NCBI GenBank assembly: GCA_964469215.1
Contig: CAYXYB010000012.1
Location: 17,526 to 81,525 of the forward strand
Direction of reading: 5' to 3'
DNA from: an uncultured Lentimicrobiaceae bacterium
Lineage (GTDB): Bacteria > Bacteroidota > Bacteroidia > Bacteroidales > SKPS01
DNA length: 64,000 bases
Part shown: piece after piece, positions 1 through 10,649 of the stretch
Position numbering within the stretch: the stretch's first letter is position 1
Layout: every line of letters starts with the position of its first letter
The notes under the pieces: generated by a model
Databases searched by the model: none
What the model saw: only the letters and a program-made list of their open reading frames with translations
What the model was told of the DNA's origin: nothing
Position numbers and translations under genes: made by a program

Positions 1-3000
1 CAATTAATAAAGGTGATACACAGTCGCTTCTTTTTCAGGCTGTGCAGATTTACAGGGAGTTAACGCTTTTTCATCTTAAAAGCAACGATCCCCGCGCCAT
101 GGTGGAGATTACAATCGACAGGCTGAAATTTGCAAGACAAAAAGGGGGGTCAATACCTCAGGTAGATAAGCTGTACATTGATCAACTCGAAAATCAGGCT
201 GAAACTTACAAATCACACTCTTTTTACCCATGGTTACGCTATCAGGTGGCAGATATATATTTCCGTAATTCACAGGAGCGTTCAGTAGTTGCAAAAGATG
301 AAGATGGGAAACTTTTTATTGTGAAGGCATGGGAGGTTTGTAGTGAGGCGATAGAAAGATATCCCAAAGGGGAAGGGGTTGCAGAATGTAAAAACCTCAT
401 TTCCAATATCGAGCAAAAGCAATTGTGGCTCAACACACCAGAAGTCATTCCTGTCGGTCAGGGATTGCTTTTTTTAACAGAATACCGGAACCTCAGCTCA
501 GTAAATTACAGACTCATCAGGGTGAATTACGATAAGTACGCCGAGATGAATAAAAAAGAACAGGAGGAGATGCTGAACTGGTTAAAAAGCCTGAAGCCAG
601 TGCAAAGCTGGGTTCTTTCACTTGAAGACCGCCGTGACTTTCTGAGTCACTCATTTGAATATGCAGTACCGATCAATGAGCCCGGGTTTTATGTTCTGAT
701 GTCCTCTTCATCCCCTTCTTTTGGGATAAAGGATAATGAGGTTGCCATATCACCATTTCAGGTGAGCAATATTTCCTATGTAAGCCGTACCGGGCAGAAC
801 GGAGAGGGGATATTACTAGTTACCGACCGCACTTCAGGTGCACCGTTGTCTGGGATTAAGGTTATTGCCAACCTCAGTTACTACGACTATTCGACCCGAA
901 AATGGACAAATCGTGTTTATGGGGAATATATAACCAACAAGGATGGTTTGGTCAGGATTCCGCCGCAGTCAGACACCCGGAGTGGAAGTTTGAGTTTTGT
1001 GTTTGCAGGGTCAAAAGGAGACACCCTCCAAAGCATTACGAGTTCGTATTATACAGAGAAGAAGGAAGTTGCCGTGAAAGAGACATATCAGAATCTTATA
1101 TTTCTTGACAGGAAAATATACAGGCCGGGGCAGACTGTATATTTCAAAGGGATAATGATACGGAGTCAGGGCAAGGTGAATTCGGTTGCGGTTGATCAGT
1201 CTACCACTGTGAAGCTTCTTGATGTAAACCGCAAGATGGTTGCAGAGCTTACATTCAGGACCAATGAATACGGAAGTTTTCAGGGCAGTTTTGTTTTACC
1301 CGTTTCGGGCCTTACCGGCCAGTATGTTTTATCTACCGATCTGGGTTCTGAATATTTCATAGTCGAGGAGTACAAGCGTCCCCGGTTCAGTGTTGATATG
1401 ATGCCTGTCACGGGGAGCTACCGGCCGGGTGATGAGGTTGTGGCTAAAGGGAAGGCAGAGGCCTATGCCGGGTTCAGCCTTACCGGTGCCAATGTGAAAT
1501 GGCGGGTCACCAGAGAGGTAAGGTATCCATGGATTACAGATTACAGGTATTATCCGATACAACGAAGAACGGTGGAGGTGGCTCAGGGAGAGACAGTAAT
1601 AGGTGAAGACGGGGTATTCAGCATCCGGTTCAAAGCTGTTCCCGAACCCGGCATTTCACCAGAAAGTAATCCGGCTTTCTATTATGTTGTCAGCACCGAT
1701 GTTACAGACCTCAATGGAGAAACACATTCCGGCAATACAACGATTGCAGTGGGTTATACCACCCTTCTCCTCACCGCCGACGTTCCCGGGGAGGTCGAAA
1801 AGGGGCAGAATCTGACATTCCCGATAAAGGCAACAAATCTCAACATGCAGCCTGTGAAGGTGCCGGGGAGATGGATATTATACCGCATTCCTGAACCTAA
1901 AAAGGTTTATCGCAAGAGGCTTTGGAAAAATCCTGATACATGGCTGATGGAGGAGGCGGTATTCAGGAAGATGTTTCCTTACGATCACTATCGTGATGAC
2001 GACAATAAAAGTTCTGCAAGGGAAAAAGTTGCAGATGGAACATTCAGCACACCTGATCAGGCGACAGTGGATCTGCCTAACCTGGTGAAATCACCTTCGG
2101 GAACATATTTGCTTGTACTTGAAGCTGAGGATCCATTTGGTGGCATTGTTACCGGTGAAAAGAGGTTTCTGCTTTTCGGAAAAGAGGAAAAGAACATTCC
2201 TGAGCCGGCATTCTTCAATGTGAGGGTACTTAAAAACCAGGCCGAACCTGGTGAAGTCATCACCATTCTTGTTGGTTCTTCAGAGAGCACCCATTTAAGT
2301 TACTCCATTGAGGTTGACGGAAGGGTACAGGAGGAAAGGTGGATAGCACTCAAAGGGAGGCAACATCAGATATCAATTCCTGTAATGGAACACCACCGGG
2401 GTGGAATAGTGTTCCATTACATCGGTGTTTACCAGAACAGGTCTTTTACCGGGAGCAGTATCATTGGTGTTCCTTACAGCAACAAGAAGCTGGATATCAG
2501 CTTCGCAACTTTCAGAGACAAACTACAACCAGGCGAAAAGGAGGAGTATCGTATTATAATTCGTGGCCCGGGCGGGGAAAGGGTGATGGCAGAGCTCCTC
2601 TCCGGGATGTATGATGCTTCTCTCGATCAGTTTGCCTCAAACGACTGGACATTAAGCCCCTTTCAACCAAACCGCACACGGCAGGGATGGAGTGCCAACC
2701 TGTTTGGTGCCCGCAGAGGCAGCATATACGGAGGTTTCAGTTCACCGAGATTGAAAGAGCGGAACATCATTTACGACAGGCTGAACTGGTTTGGATTTGA
2801 TCCCGTTTATGGGTACTACAAAGGTTTGGGGTACTTTGCAAATTTTGAAGCAGAGAAGGAAGAAGGGATGACATCTGATCTTCCTCAGAGATATCTTTTT
2901 GAAGGGGCAAGGATGAAGGGAAAGGATAATGGTATTTCTGGCACAGATGACTCGGATGTTGAAGAAGACTCGGTGGCTACCGGAGGAGCACTGCAGCAAC

Positions 3001-5378
3001 CTGTTGCTGAACAGCCGGCGGTCCAGCCCCGCACTAACTTCAACGAAACTGCCTTTTTCTATCCTCAGTTGAAAACCGATGATGAGGGGAATGTTGTCTT
3101 CAGCTATACTGTTCCTGAGTCGCTCACTGCCTGGAAGCTGCTGTTGCTTGCCCACACCCCTGATCTGAAGGCAGGTACGCTGGTGAAGAAACTGGTAACA
3201 CAGAAGGAGCTGATGGTGATCCCCAATGCGCCCCGTTTCTTCCGTGAGAATGACCGGATAACCTTTACAGCTAAGGTTACCAATCTTTCAGACGTGGAAC
3301 AGACCTGCAATGTGGTGCTAAAACTAACCAACGGACTCACAGGGGATGATATTGATGGTTTGTGCGGTAATCTGCAACCCCGGAATCAGGTTTTAGTGAA
3401 GCCGGGCCAGAGCGGTCTTGTATCCTGGGAGCTTAAAATACCTGAGCGTACCGGTGCGATAACATACCATGTGACAGCCATCTCCGGAACCTTCAGCGAT
3501 GGTGAGGAGATGACAATACCGGTTCTTACCAACAGGATGCTGGTGACCGAGAGCATGCCTCTCTGGCTGAAGGGCAGGCAGACAAAAAGTTTCAGAATGG
3601 ACAAGCTGCTAAATTCGGGTACGTCATCAACCCTCAGGCATCATAAACTCACTCTTGAATATACCTCCAACCCGGCATGGTATGTCATTCAGGCTTTACC
3701 TTACCTTATGGAGTTCCCATATGAATGCCTGGAACAGACTTTCAGCCGTTTTTATGCCAATGCCCTGGCCTCACACATTGCAAACTCCCAGCCGCGCATA
3801 AAAGCGGTGTTTGAAGTCTGGCGGGATTTAACCCCTGATGCATTGATGTCGAACCTGGAGAAGAACCAGGAGCTAAAGGCACTTTTAGTGGAGGAGACAC
3901 CCTGGGTGAGGGATGCAGCATCGGAAACCGACCGCAAACAGCGGATAGCACTGTTGTTCGACCTTAACAGGATGGCAGATGAAATGTCGCTTACACTTAC
4001 CAAGCTCAGGGATCAGCAGGTTTCCAACGGCGGGTGGCCATGGTTCAAAGGGGGGCCTGACAGTTGGTATATCACCCAGCATATTGTAACCGGTATTGGC
4101 AGACTACAGGCTATGGATGTGTTACCCGCCGCCACCCGGAACGACCTTGAAGATATAACCACCCGGGCAGTTGCTTACATCGATGCGCGGATGAATGAAC
4201 ACTACCTGGAACTTAAGAAAACATACCATGATAAACCGTCAGAGCTGCAGAAAAACCATCTTACCAGTATCACAATAATGTATCTGTATACCAGAAGCTT
4301 CTACATGAAGAGTCACCCGTTGCCTGAAACTGCAAAGGAGGCATTCGGCTGGCTGAAAAAGCAGGCTTTGGCCTACTGGACAGGGGAGGGGCTTATGATG
4401 CAGGGCTACCTGGCGGTGGCACTCAACAGGCTTGATGAGCGAACTACGGCACTGTTGATAATGAGGTCTTTAAAAGAGCGCAGTCTGGTGAGTGAGGAGA
4501 TGGGCAGGTACTGGAGTGCATCGCCGGGGTTTTACTGGTATGAAGCACCCATTGAGAGACAGGCAATCCTGATAGAAGCTTTTGCAGAGGTCTCAGGCGA
4601 CGCGGATGCCGTTGAGGAGATGAAAGCGTGGTTGCTGAAGCAGAAACAGACTCAGGACTGGAAGACAACCAAGGCTACTGTGGAGGCTTGTTATGCTCTG
4701 TTGCTGAGGGGCACCGACCTGTTAGCCGAAACGGAGCCGGCCCGGATAACGGTAGGCTCGCAATTGGTTGACCCTTATAAAGATGGCAGTGCAACTCCCG
4801 AGGCAGGAACCGGATACTTCAAAGTGTCGTGGAGCGGTGTGGAGGTGACCCCGGCAATGGGCAATGTGACGGTCACCGGCAGCAGTCAGGGAGTGTCATG
4901 GGGTGCACTATACTGGCAGTATTTCGAGAACCTGGACAAAATCACCGGTTTTGCCACCCCGCTCGAAATCAGAAAGAAACTCTTTGTGGAGGAGAATACC
5001 CCCTCAGGTGTCGTTATGAAACCCATCACCGACGGCAACTCCATAAAGGTTGGCGACAGGATAGTTGTGAGGATAGAGTTGCGCGTTGACCGTGACATGG
5101 AATATGTGCACATGAAAGATATGCGTGCATCTGCATTTGAACCGGTTACCACTGTGTCGGGATACCGCTGGCAGGGTGGCCTTGGCTATTATGAAAGCCC
5201 GCGCGATGCTGCTGTGAACTTCTTCTTCGACTACCTCCGAAAGGGTACATACCTGTTCGAGTACAAGCTCTTTGCCACACACGCCGGGGAGTTCTCAAAC
5301 GGGATTACCACCATTCAGTGTATGTATGCGCCTGAGTTTGCCTCGAATTCCGAGGGAATCAGAGTGGTAATTGAGTAG
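1..5378 (+). CDS. alpha-2-macroglobulin family protein (bacterial A2M/YfhM-like), 5'-partial
   Basis: The listed ORF is 1778 aa starting at 42. The same frame has no stop back to base 3, so the true N-terminus is probably upstream of the window. A thioester motif C-L-E-Q lies in FPYECLEQT (nt 3726-3737). The size and beta-rich N-terminal region followed by a helical thioester-domain-like region are typical of bacterial A2M. Confidence 0.85.
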   Translation, partial: INKGDTQSLLFQAVQIYRELTLFHLKSNDPRAMVEITIDRLKFARQKGGSIPQVDKLYIDQLENQAETYKSHSFYPWLRYQVADIYFRNSQERSVVAKDEDGKLFIVKAWEVCSEAIERYPKGEGVAECKNLISNIEQKQLWLNTPEVIPVGQGLLFLTEYRNLSSVNYRLIRVNYDKYAEMNKKEQEEMLNWLKSLKPVQSWVLSLEDRRDFLSHSFEYAVPINEPGFYVLMSSSSPSFGIKDNEVAISPFQVSNISYVSRTGQNGEGILLVTDRTSGAPLSGIKVIANLSYYDYSTRKWTNRVYGEYITNKDGLVRIPPQSDTRSGSLSFVFAGSKGDTLQSITSSYYTEKKEVAVKETYQNLIFLDRKIYRPGQTVYFKGIMIRSQGKVNSVAVDQSTTVKLLDVNRKMVAELTFRTNEYGSFQGSFVLPVSGLTGQYVLSTDLGSEYFIVEEYKRPRFSVDMMPVTGSYRPGDEVVAKGKAEAYAGFSLTGANVKWRVTREVRYPWITDYRYYPIQRRTVEVAQGETVIGEDGVFSIRFKAVPEPGISPESNPAFYYVVSTDVTDLNGETHSGNTTIAVGYTTLLLTADVPGEVEKGQNLTFPIKATNLNMQPVKVPGRWILYRIPEPKKVYRKRLWKNPDTWLMEEAVFRKMFPYDHYRDDDNKSSAREKVADGTFSTPDQATVDLPNLVKSPSGTYLLVLEAEDPFGGIVTGEKRFLLFGKEEKNIPEPAFFNVRVLKNQAEPGEVITILVGSSESTHLSYSIEVDGRVQEERWIALKGRQHQISIPVMEHHRGGIVFHYIGVYQNRSFTGSSIIGVPYSNKKLDISFATFRDKLQPGEKEEYRIIIRGPGGERVMAELLSGMYDASLDQFASNDWTLSPFQPNRTRQGWSANLFGARRGSIYGGFSSPRLKERNIIYDRLNWFGFDPVYGYYKGLGYFANFEAEKEEGMTSDLPQRYLFEGARMKGKDNGISGTDDSDVEEDSVATGGALQQPVAEQPAVQPRTNFNETAFFYPQLKTDDEGNVVFSYTVPESLTAWKLLLLAHTPDLKAGTLVKKLVTQKELMVIPNAPRFFRENDRITFTAKVTNLSDVEQTCNVVLKLTNGLTGDDIDGLCGNLQPRNQVLVKPGQSGLVSWELKIPERTGAITYHVTAISGTFSDGEEMTIPVLTNRMLVTESMPLWLKGRQTKSFRMDKLLNSGTSSTLRHHKLTLEYTSNPAWYVIQALPYLMEFPYECLEQTFSRFYANALASHIANSQPRIKAVFEVWRDLTPDALMSNLEKNQELKALLVEETPWVRDAASETDRKQRIALLFDLNRMADEMSLTLTKLRDQQVSNGGWPWFKGGPDSWYITQHIVTGIGRLQAMDVLPAATRNDLEDITTRAVAYIDARMNEHYLELKKTYHDKPSELQKNHLTSITIMYLYTRSFYMKSHPLPETAKEAFGWLKKQALAYWTGEGLMMQGYLAVALNRLDERTTALLIMRSLKERSLVSEEMGRYWSASPGFYWYEAPIERQAILIEAFAEVSGDADAVEEMKAWLLKQKQTQDWKTTKATVEACYALLLRGTDLLAETEPARITVGSQLVDPYKDGSATPEAGTGYFKVSWSGVEVTPAMGNVTVTGSSQGVSWGALYWQYFENLDKITGFATPLEIRKKLFVEENTPSGVVMKPITDGNSIKVGDRIVVRIELRVDRDMEYVHMKDMRASAFEPVTTVSGYRWQGGLGYYESPRDAAVNFFFDYLRKGTYLFEYKLFATHAGEFSNGITTIQCMYAPEFASNSEGIRVVIE

Positions 5379-5459
5379 GAAAGTGAGCAGGCGACTTTTT
5401 CCTGGAGCAATAAATAAGTTAACGCCGTAGGTATTATCGAGGCCACCAATCAAAAGCCC

Positions 5460-6623
5460 CTACTGCAGGCAGCACTGTTTGTATTTCCTGCCACTGCCGC
5501 AGGGGCATGGATCGTTGCGGCCGGGTGCTTTCTCAATTTGTTTTGATAAACTGAAAGAGGGGCTAAAAGAAGAGAGTTTGTCAGGATAAGGTTGACCGGT
5601 GAAATCGGGTTCTGTATCCCCCAAAAGGTTCCTTATGGGTGGATTCATATTAATGATTTTTGAAGTCGGTTCGGCCGGCACTTCTATATTCAGCCTGATG
5701 AAAGCTTCAAACAAAGGGGTGATACAGACTTCCTCTTTATACGAATCGGTGAACTTTTTGCCGGATTCTTTAATCTCAACCAACCCAAAGGGATGCAGGC
5801 ATTTATTAAAGGTACGATAGCTATAGCAACTAAAAAAGTCCTCAACAGGTGTCTGACCCCAGGAATCTTCAAAGTCATCTGTTACCATCGGAAATGCAGT
5901 AAGGGTTTTGTCGGCATAAAATCTGACATCACGATACCCGGTACCATACTTATGAAGCAAAAACAAAGTGAAACCAAAACCCAACTGAGCTGCAGTATCG
6001 GAGGAGTAATTGTCCAGACATGCCCAGTTAAACTTCATGTAATAAGCAGAAAACAAGGCATCAAGCATTTCGCCGGGTTTGTTAAGCAGCTTTTTCCCTT
6101 TGCGGGTAAGGAACCATTTGGTTTTATCCTTACCTCTTCCTTTTCTGGCAAGACCCGCCAACTCACAAGTCAATCTGGCGATATGTAACTGGAACCAGTC
6201 CAGCTCTTTCTGAAGAGGTTGAAATCCAATTTCAATGAAATGTTCAGGGAAAACCCGTGTTTGATAAACCTCCTGCACCAGCCAGCGTGGCAGCGCCCCT
6301 GTTGCGGTTAACTTCAACGGTTTATCCTCAGTAATAGCTTTCAGAACGTGCATGCAGATCCGCAGAAATGGGGATGTCATTGCCAGCTCATCCGGGACAC
6401 AAGGGTTAAGAGTGATCATGGTGCCATGGTTAAACAGCATACTTAAAAGCTGGTGAAGCTGAGCCGGCGACAACCCCTCTGCATCCTCACGAGGTGCATT
6501 GTTGTACTTAGACATCATCTTCCCAATAAAAGCGTTCATCTCTTCCTCGGATTGAACATTGCCTTTATCAATCTCATCCTTAAGCTTAGCTAAGATATCT
6601 TTTATTTCCATTTTTTTTTTCAA
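5460..6623 (-). CDS. SEC-C metal-binding motif protein, function unknown
   Basis: 387-aa ORF ending in the C-terminal motif CPCGSGRKYKQCC, which is the SEC-C zinc-binding motif. The rest of the protein has no motif I recognise. Confidence 0.7.
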   Translation of the reverse strand: MKKKMEIKDILAKLKDEIDKGNVQSEEEMNAFIGKMMSKYNNAPREDAEGLSPAQLHQLLSMLFNHGTMITLNPCVPDELAMTSPFLRICMHVLKAITEDKPLKLTATGALPRWLVQEVYQTRVFPEHFIEIGFQPLQKELDWFQLHIARLTCELAGLARKGRGKDKTKWFLTRKGKKLLNKPGEMLDALFSAYYMKFNWACLDNYSSDTAAQLGFGFTLFLLHKYGTGYRDVRFYADKTLTAFPMVTDDFEDSWGQTPVEDFFSCYSYRTFNKCLHPFGLVEIKESGKKFTDSYKEEVCITPLFEAFIRLNIEVPAEPTSKIINMNPPIRNLLGDTEPDFTGQPYPDKLSSFSPSFSLSKQIEKAPGRNDPCPCGSGRKYKQCCLQ

Positions 6624-6786
6624 AGGTAATCAGGAATGAATTAACTAAATACCTATTCCATAAAAAGCAGGTATTTTTTATTTTTTTGATCACTTTTTCA
6701 GAGTATACCCTGAAAAAATCATAATAGTTTTGGATTATATCCTGAAAAATTAATTTTTTTACCATAAAAGCCTTCATGCCTGATAA

Positions 6787-9459
6787 TCACTCAGTGCCAT
6801 CCGGATACTGTTCCTTCCACCATTCCGGCTGGTCTTTGAGGTATTTGTCCCACCAGGCCATGATGGTGTTGTGCCACATGATACGTTTTGAGTAGGTGAT
6901 GATATGGTGATTTTCACCTTTAACCAGAACAAGTTCCACCGGTCTGCCGAGGAGCTTAAGTGCGGTGTACATCTGTATGCTTTCACCGGGAGGGACGTTT
7001 GTGTCTTCGTCGCCAGTTATGAGGAGCAGCGGTGTGGTTATTTTGTCGGCGTAGAAGAGAGGACTCTGACCGACGTAGAGTTCCCGGTTGTTCCAGGGGA
7101 AGCTAAATGCGCTGGCACCGGCAGAATAGGCATATCCCCAGTACCCTTCACCCCAGTAGCTTGATATTGAGCTTATACCGGCATGAGAGATAGCGGTGGC
7201 AAAAATATCTGTCCGGGTAAGGAGCAGCATGGTCATGAATCCGCCGTAGGAGGCTCCGGCACAGCCAACCTTCGTCCTGTCAGCAAAGGGGTGTGCATCC
7301 AGGAACTTTTTGGTTCCTTCTATGATCTCATCTGCAACTGTAAAGCCCCAGTTGTTCACATGGGCAGCCGAAAACTCCTGCCCGAACCCTACTGCTCCGC
7401 TTGGTTGAAGAACGTAAACCAGATAATCGTTTCCTGCCCACAGGTTGAATGGGTACCGCCCTGCAAATGTGCGTCCAACAGGATTGATACCTCCGTAGTA
7501 ATAAACTATCACAGGATATGTTTTAGCAGTATCGAACCCCGGTGGATAATACACTCTACCTTTGATAATGATGCCTGAGGATGCAGTAAAATCCCAGTTC
7601 TTTACCTCACCGAACTCCACGTTACGGTAGGTCGCTGCCTCCACATCTTCGAAGGTTGATACCTTCAGAGTTTTCAGGTCAATGAGTTGCCATGCAGACC
7701 AGCTGTTGGCAAGGTTCCCTGAAAAAACAGCCAGAGTGCCCCGGCCGGCAAAATCGACAGAGGTGACGTAGTCCACCCCGGTGATGATGCGCGTGAACCG
7801 ATCCTTTGTCAAGTCGTATCTGTAAAGATTCCGGTAATCCTCTTCTATTACCGTCATATAGATATGCTTATCAACAGGATGCCAGAACACGGAGCTTACC
7901 GACGGGTTGAAGGCGCGTGTTATTGAGCGCACCGCCTTTGTTTGCAGGTCATAAATATACACCTGAATATCGGAGTTATGGGGTATAAGACCTTCGGGGA
8001 TATTAAGACCGGTACCGTTGAATGATTCAGGGCCTCCGGTGGCAAGCAGCGATTTACCGTCAGGGGAGAAGCTGGCACTTACATCCCAGCTTTCATTGAA
8101 AAGAATAGTATCGGTTTTAAAGGTGGCAAGATCCATTACGAACAGATTCTGTTTGCTGTAAGGTCTTTCAGTCAGATCAGGGTAGTGCTGGCTGAAGAGT
8201 ATCCGTTTTCCGTCGGGAGAGATGTCATTCAGAATGGTCGAGAGGTTTCCCCAGGTAAGCCTTGTAGTCATACCCGAAGTGATATCGTAGCGGTATAGGA
8301 ACGTACGGTTGCGCCAGCCCGGCTGCCTGTCGGGCATACCCAGGATATGACGCATTACTCCGGGCTTCTCCTCCGGCTCTTCCCGACCAGAAAAGATAAC
8401 AAATGATTCATCCGGTGACCAGCGGTAACTGCCGAACCTTTCCAGATCTTTCATTATCATTGTGACAGTACCTTTTTCAATATCATAAACAAACATGCAG
8501 GATTTATCACCCTGAGGGGCAACATATGATATTCTGCTGCTGTTTGGAAGCCAGCTAATTTGCGACACTCTTGAATAATTGTAACTGTGTATCAGGCTTT
8601 TATCTTTTATCCGGCGAATCTCTGTCCACGACTCGCTCTGGTCACCTGACTGGAGCGACTGCCGGTAACTGACTGCATAATATTTGCCGTCATAAGACAG
8701 AGATATATCAGAAACTTTAATGCCGTCGAGCATGTGGTAAATGTTCTTTCTGTTTTTGGGACTGAGGGTAACTTCCAAATCGCCTGTGCTGAAAGGGGAT
8801 TTCAGGGTTAAAGCCGCCGAAAGGTCTGATTTCGTTGCTGTGCCGGGAGGTATTACAAGTTTTACAAGCAGCAGGTGTGTGCCCCTTTCGAGCTTAAGAG
8901 ACTTTTTCAGCTTACCGGATTTGCCGTCTGATTCAACAGCAGTTTTAGTGCCTACCTCCTTACCATCAAGCCATGCCTTCATCATCATACTCCCTGAAAT
9001 TTCAAGACCGGCGGTGAGCCACCTTTCGGTACGAAGATAGGTGGCAAGGTAAACCACAGTTGACCGGAGAGTATCAGCGTTATTATCCATACCCGGTTGG
9101 CCGTCAATATATGGGATTTCCCCATCCTTATCCGAAGCTATAGCTCTCCATTTCAATTTATTTCCTTCAATCTCAGTAAATTGCGAATCTACTTCCGGAT
9201 AATGACCGGCGAAGCTGAACTGATTGCTTTTCAGGTAATCAGCATCAGAAAAGATTTTTTTATTGATATTCGGAATATCATCGAACAGCGGAGGTGCAAG
9301 CTTCTGCGGAGGCAGTACAAGCCATTTGTTTATGTTGATCTTTACAGATTTGTCGGTGTCTTCTGCAGTAGTCTCATTTGTTTGTGAATAGGAGTATTGC
9401 AATATGAAAATGCAGATCAGAAATGAGGTCAGAATTGAAAGATGATGTTTTTTTCTCAT
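6787..9459 (-). CDS. S9 family serine peptidase (prolyl oligopeptidase/DPP-like) with N-terminal beta-propeller region
   Basis: 890-aa ORF with an N-terminal signal peptide. It has a GxSxGG nucleophile elbow (GASYGGFM), a later GDEDTNVP (Asp) and GENHHI (His), and TolB/PD40-like repeats such as SPDGK in the middle. Confidence 0.85.
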   Translation of the reverse strand: MRKKHHLSILTSFLICIFILQYSYSQTNETTAEDTDKSVKININKWLVLPPQKLAPPLFDDIPNINKKIFSDADYLKSNQFSFAGHYPEVDSQFTEIEGNKLKWRAIASDKDGEIPYIDGQPGMDNNADTLRSTVVYLATYLRTERWLTAGLEISGSMMMKAWLDGKEVGTKTAVESDGKSGKLKKSLKLERGTHLLLVKLVIPPGTATKSDLSAALTLKSPFSTGDLEVTLSPKNRKNIYHMLDGIKVSDISLSYDGKYYAVSYRQSLQSGDQSESWTEIRRIKDKSLIHSYNYSRVSQISWLPNSSRISYVAPQGDKSCMFVYDIEKGTVTMIMKDLERFGSYRWSPDESFVIFSGREEPEEKPGVMRHILGMPDRQPGWRNRTFLYRYDITSGMTTRLTWGNLSTILNDISPDGKRILFSQHYPDLTERPYSKQNLFVMDLATFKTDTILFNESWDVSASFSPDGKSLLATGGPESFNGTGLNIPEGLIPHNSDIQVYIYDLQTKAVRSITRAFNPSVSSVFWHPVDKHIYMTVIEEDYRNLYRYDLTKDRFTRIITGVDYVTSVDFAGRGTLAVFSGNLANSWSAWQLIDLKTLKVSTFEDVEAATYRNVEFGEVKNWDFTASSGIIIKGRVYYPPGFDTAKTYPVIVYYYGGINPVGRTFAGRYPFNLWAGNDYLVYVLQPSGAVGFGQEFSAAHVNNWGFTVADEIIEGTKKFLDAHPFADRTKVGCAGASYGGFMTMLLLTRTDIFATAISHAGISSISSYWGEGYWGYAYSAGASAFSFPWNNRELYVGQSPLFYADKITTPLLLITGDEDTNVPPGESIQMYTALKLLGRPVELVLVKGENHHIITYSKRIMWHNTIMAWWDKYLKDQPEWWKEQYPDGTE

Positions 9460-9558
9460 TTAACTATATTTTATTGCATAATGTGCTAAGGCAAAAATAG
9501 AGGAAAATGACCTGAGGAATTTAGATAGTGAATTTTTTACTGGCCATTTGATGGATAA

Positions 9559-10281
9559 TTATCTTAACCCTGTGATAATCATTTGTAATCCAGATATTAA
9601 CAGTAGGATTTCAACTAAAACAATGAAAGAGTCTCTCGAAAGTTTTTCGATAATTTTCTTACCTGCAAAACTGCCAGCTATCATTGCTATTCCTATAAAA
9701 AGTCCGTACAAGAGCTCCCTGGTTCCGATAAAAAGAAACCTTTTATAAACAAAGGCTTTGGTGACATGCATGATCAAAGCCGTAAAAGCTTCACTTGCAA
9801 TATAAGCAGATGCTGCAAGATTTAGTCCAAGGAAGAAAGCTGCTCCCAGCGGCCCGGCACTTCCGGCAAGTCCTGATAAAAACCCTGTCAATGAACCTCC
9901 AATCAACATTCCTTTATCACCTAAAGTGATTTTCCTTGTTCTAAGCCTGCGGTAAACGACTATAAGTATGAGTAATGCCCCTATACCGATTTTTATTTTA
10001 TTACTGTCGATGTGTGTGAACAGATAACTACCGGCAATTGAAAATGGGATTGCTGTAATAAGGAAAAATACAATTGGCCTCCATTTCAACTCTTTTCTGC
10101 CGAACCAGATTCTGGAACCGTTTCCGAATATCTGTCCTATGGTGAGAATTGGCACCGCTGCCTTTATTCCTACAAGGCCGGTAAGTATGGGAAGTAATAA
10201 CAATGCTCCTCCAAAGCCTGCTGCCCCTGATATAGTTGCAGCAATAAACGCTACCAGAAATATCAGAATGAAGTCTGTCAT
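9559..10281 (-). CDS. TauE/SafE family sulfite exporter-like membrane protein
   Basis: 240-aa polytopic, glycine-rich membrane protein (GAAGFGGALLLLPIL, GSAGPLGAAFFL) with the internal two-fold repeat typical of TauE/SafE. Confidence 0.7.
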   Translation of the reverse strand: MTDFILIFLVAFIAATISGAAGFGGALLLLPILTGLVGIKAAVPILTIGQIFGNGSRIWFGRKELKWRPIVFFLITAIPFSIAGSYLFTHIDSNKIKIGIGALLILIVVYRRLRTRKITLGDKGMLIGGSLTGFLSGLAGSAGPLGAAFFLGLNLAASAYIASEAFTALIMHVTKAFVYKRFLFIGTRELLYGLFIGIAMIAGSFAGKKIIEKLSRDSFIVLVEILLLISGLQMIITGLR

Positions 10282-10374
10282 ATTCTTAGTTTAAGATTAT
10301 CCCTGAAAAGCAATTCAAATTATGGGATTCAGTTTTCAAAGATCGGATAAAATAAGTTGGCCCTTTTAACTTTT

Positions 10375-10605
10375 GAGTGGGTAAACATTGAGAATATCTG
10401 AAAACTTTGTTTAAAACAGCAAGGAGTTACATTTCTAATTGTTTATTTTTGAATCCAGAAAGGATTGAACATCAGTAGCCCCGGGTTTGTGATCGTATCT
10501 AAAATCAAACCAAAGGCATGATGTAATCATTCCGGTCACTTAACCCGGGGCTACACTTATTCAACCCACGATGTGGGTTATAGTCATTGACATTTATTTA
10601 CCCAC
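10375..10605. repeat. Nested inverted-repeat element in the intergenic region
   Basis: The outer 9-bp inverted repeat is GTGGGTAAA (10377-10385) / TTTACCCAC (10597-10605). The inner perfect 13-bp inverted repeat is GTAGCCCCGGGTT (10475-10487) / AACCCGGGGCTAC (10542-10554), separated by 54 nt. An additional hairpin AACCCAC-gat-GTGGGTT lies at 10563-10579. Confidence 0.5.
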
Positions 10606-10649
10606 ACAGAAGTACAAAGAACCATAAAATCCAATTCAAAACCAACACC

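Noticed and set aside
10377-10605. The outer 9-bp inverted repeats as an invertible promoter (phase-variation switch)
   Set aside because: The repeats are short, no site-specific recombinase is encoded nearby, and no alternative orientation can be assessed from one sequence. I kept it only as an unexplained structured element.
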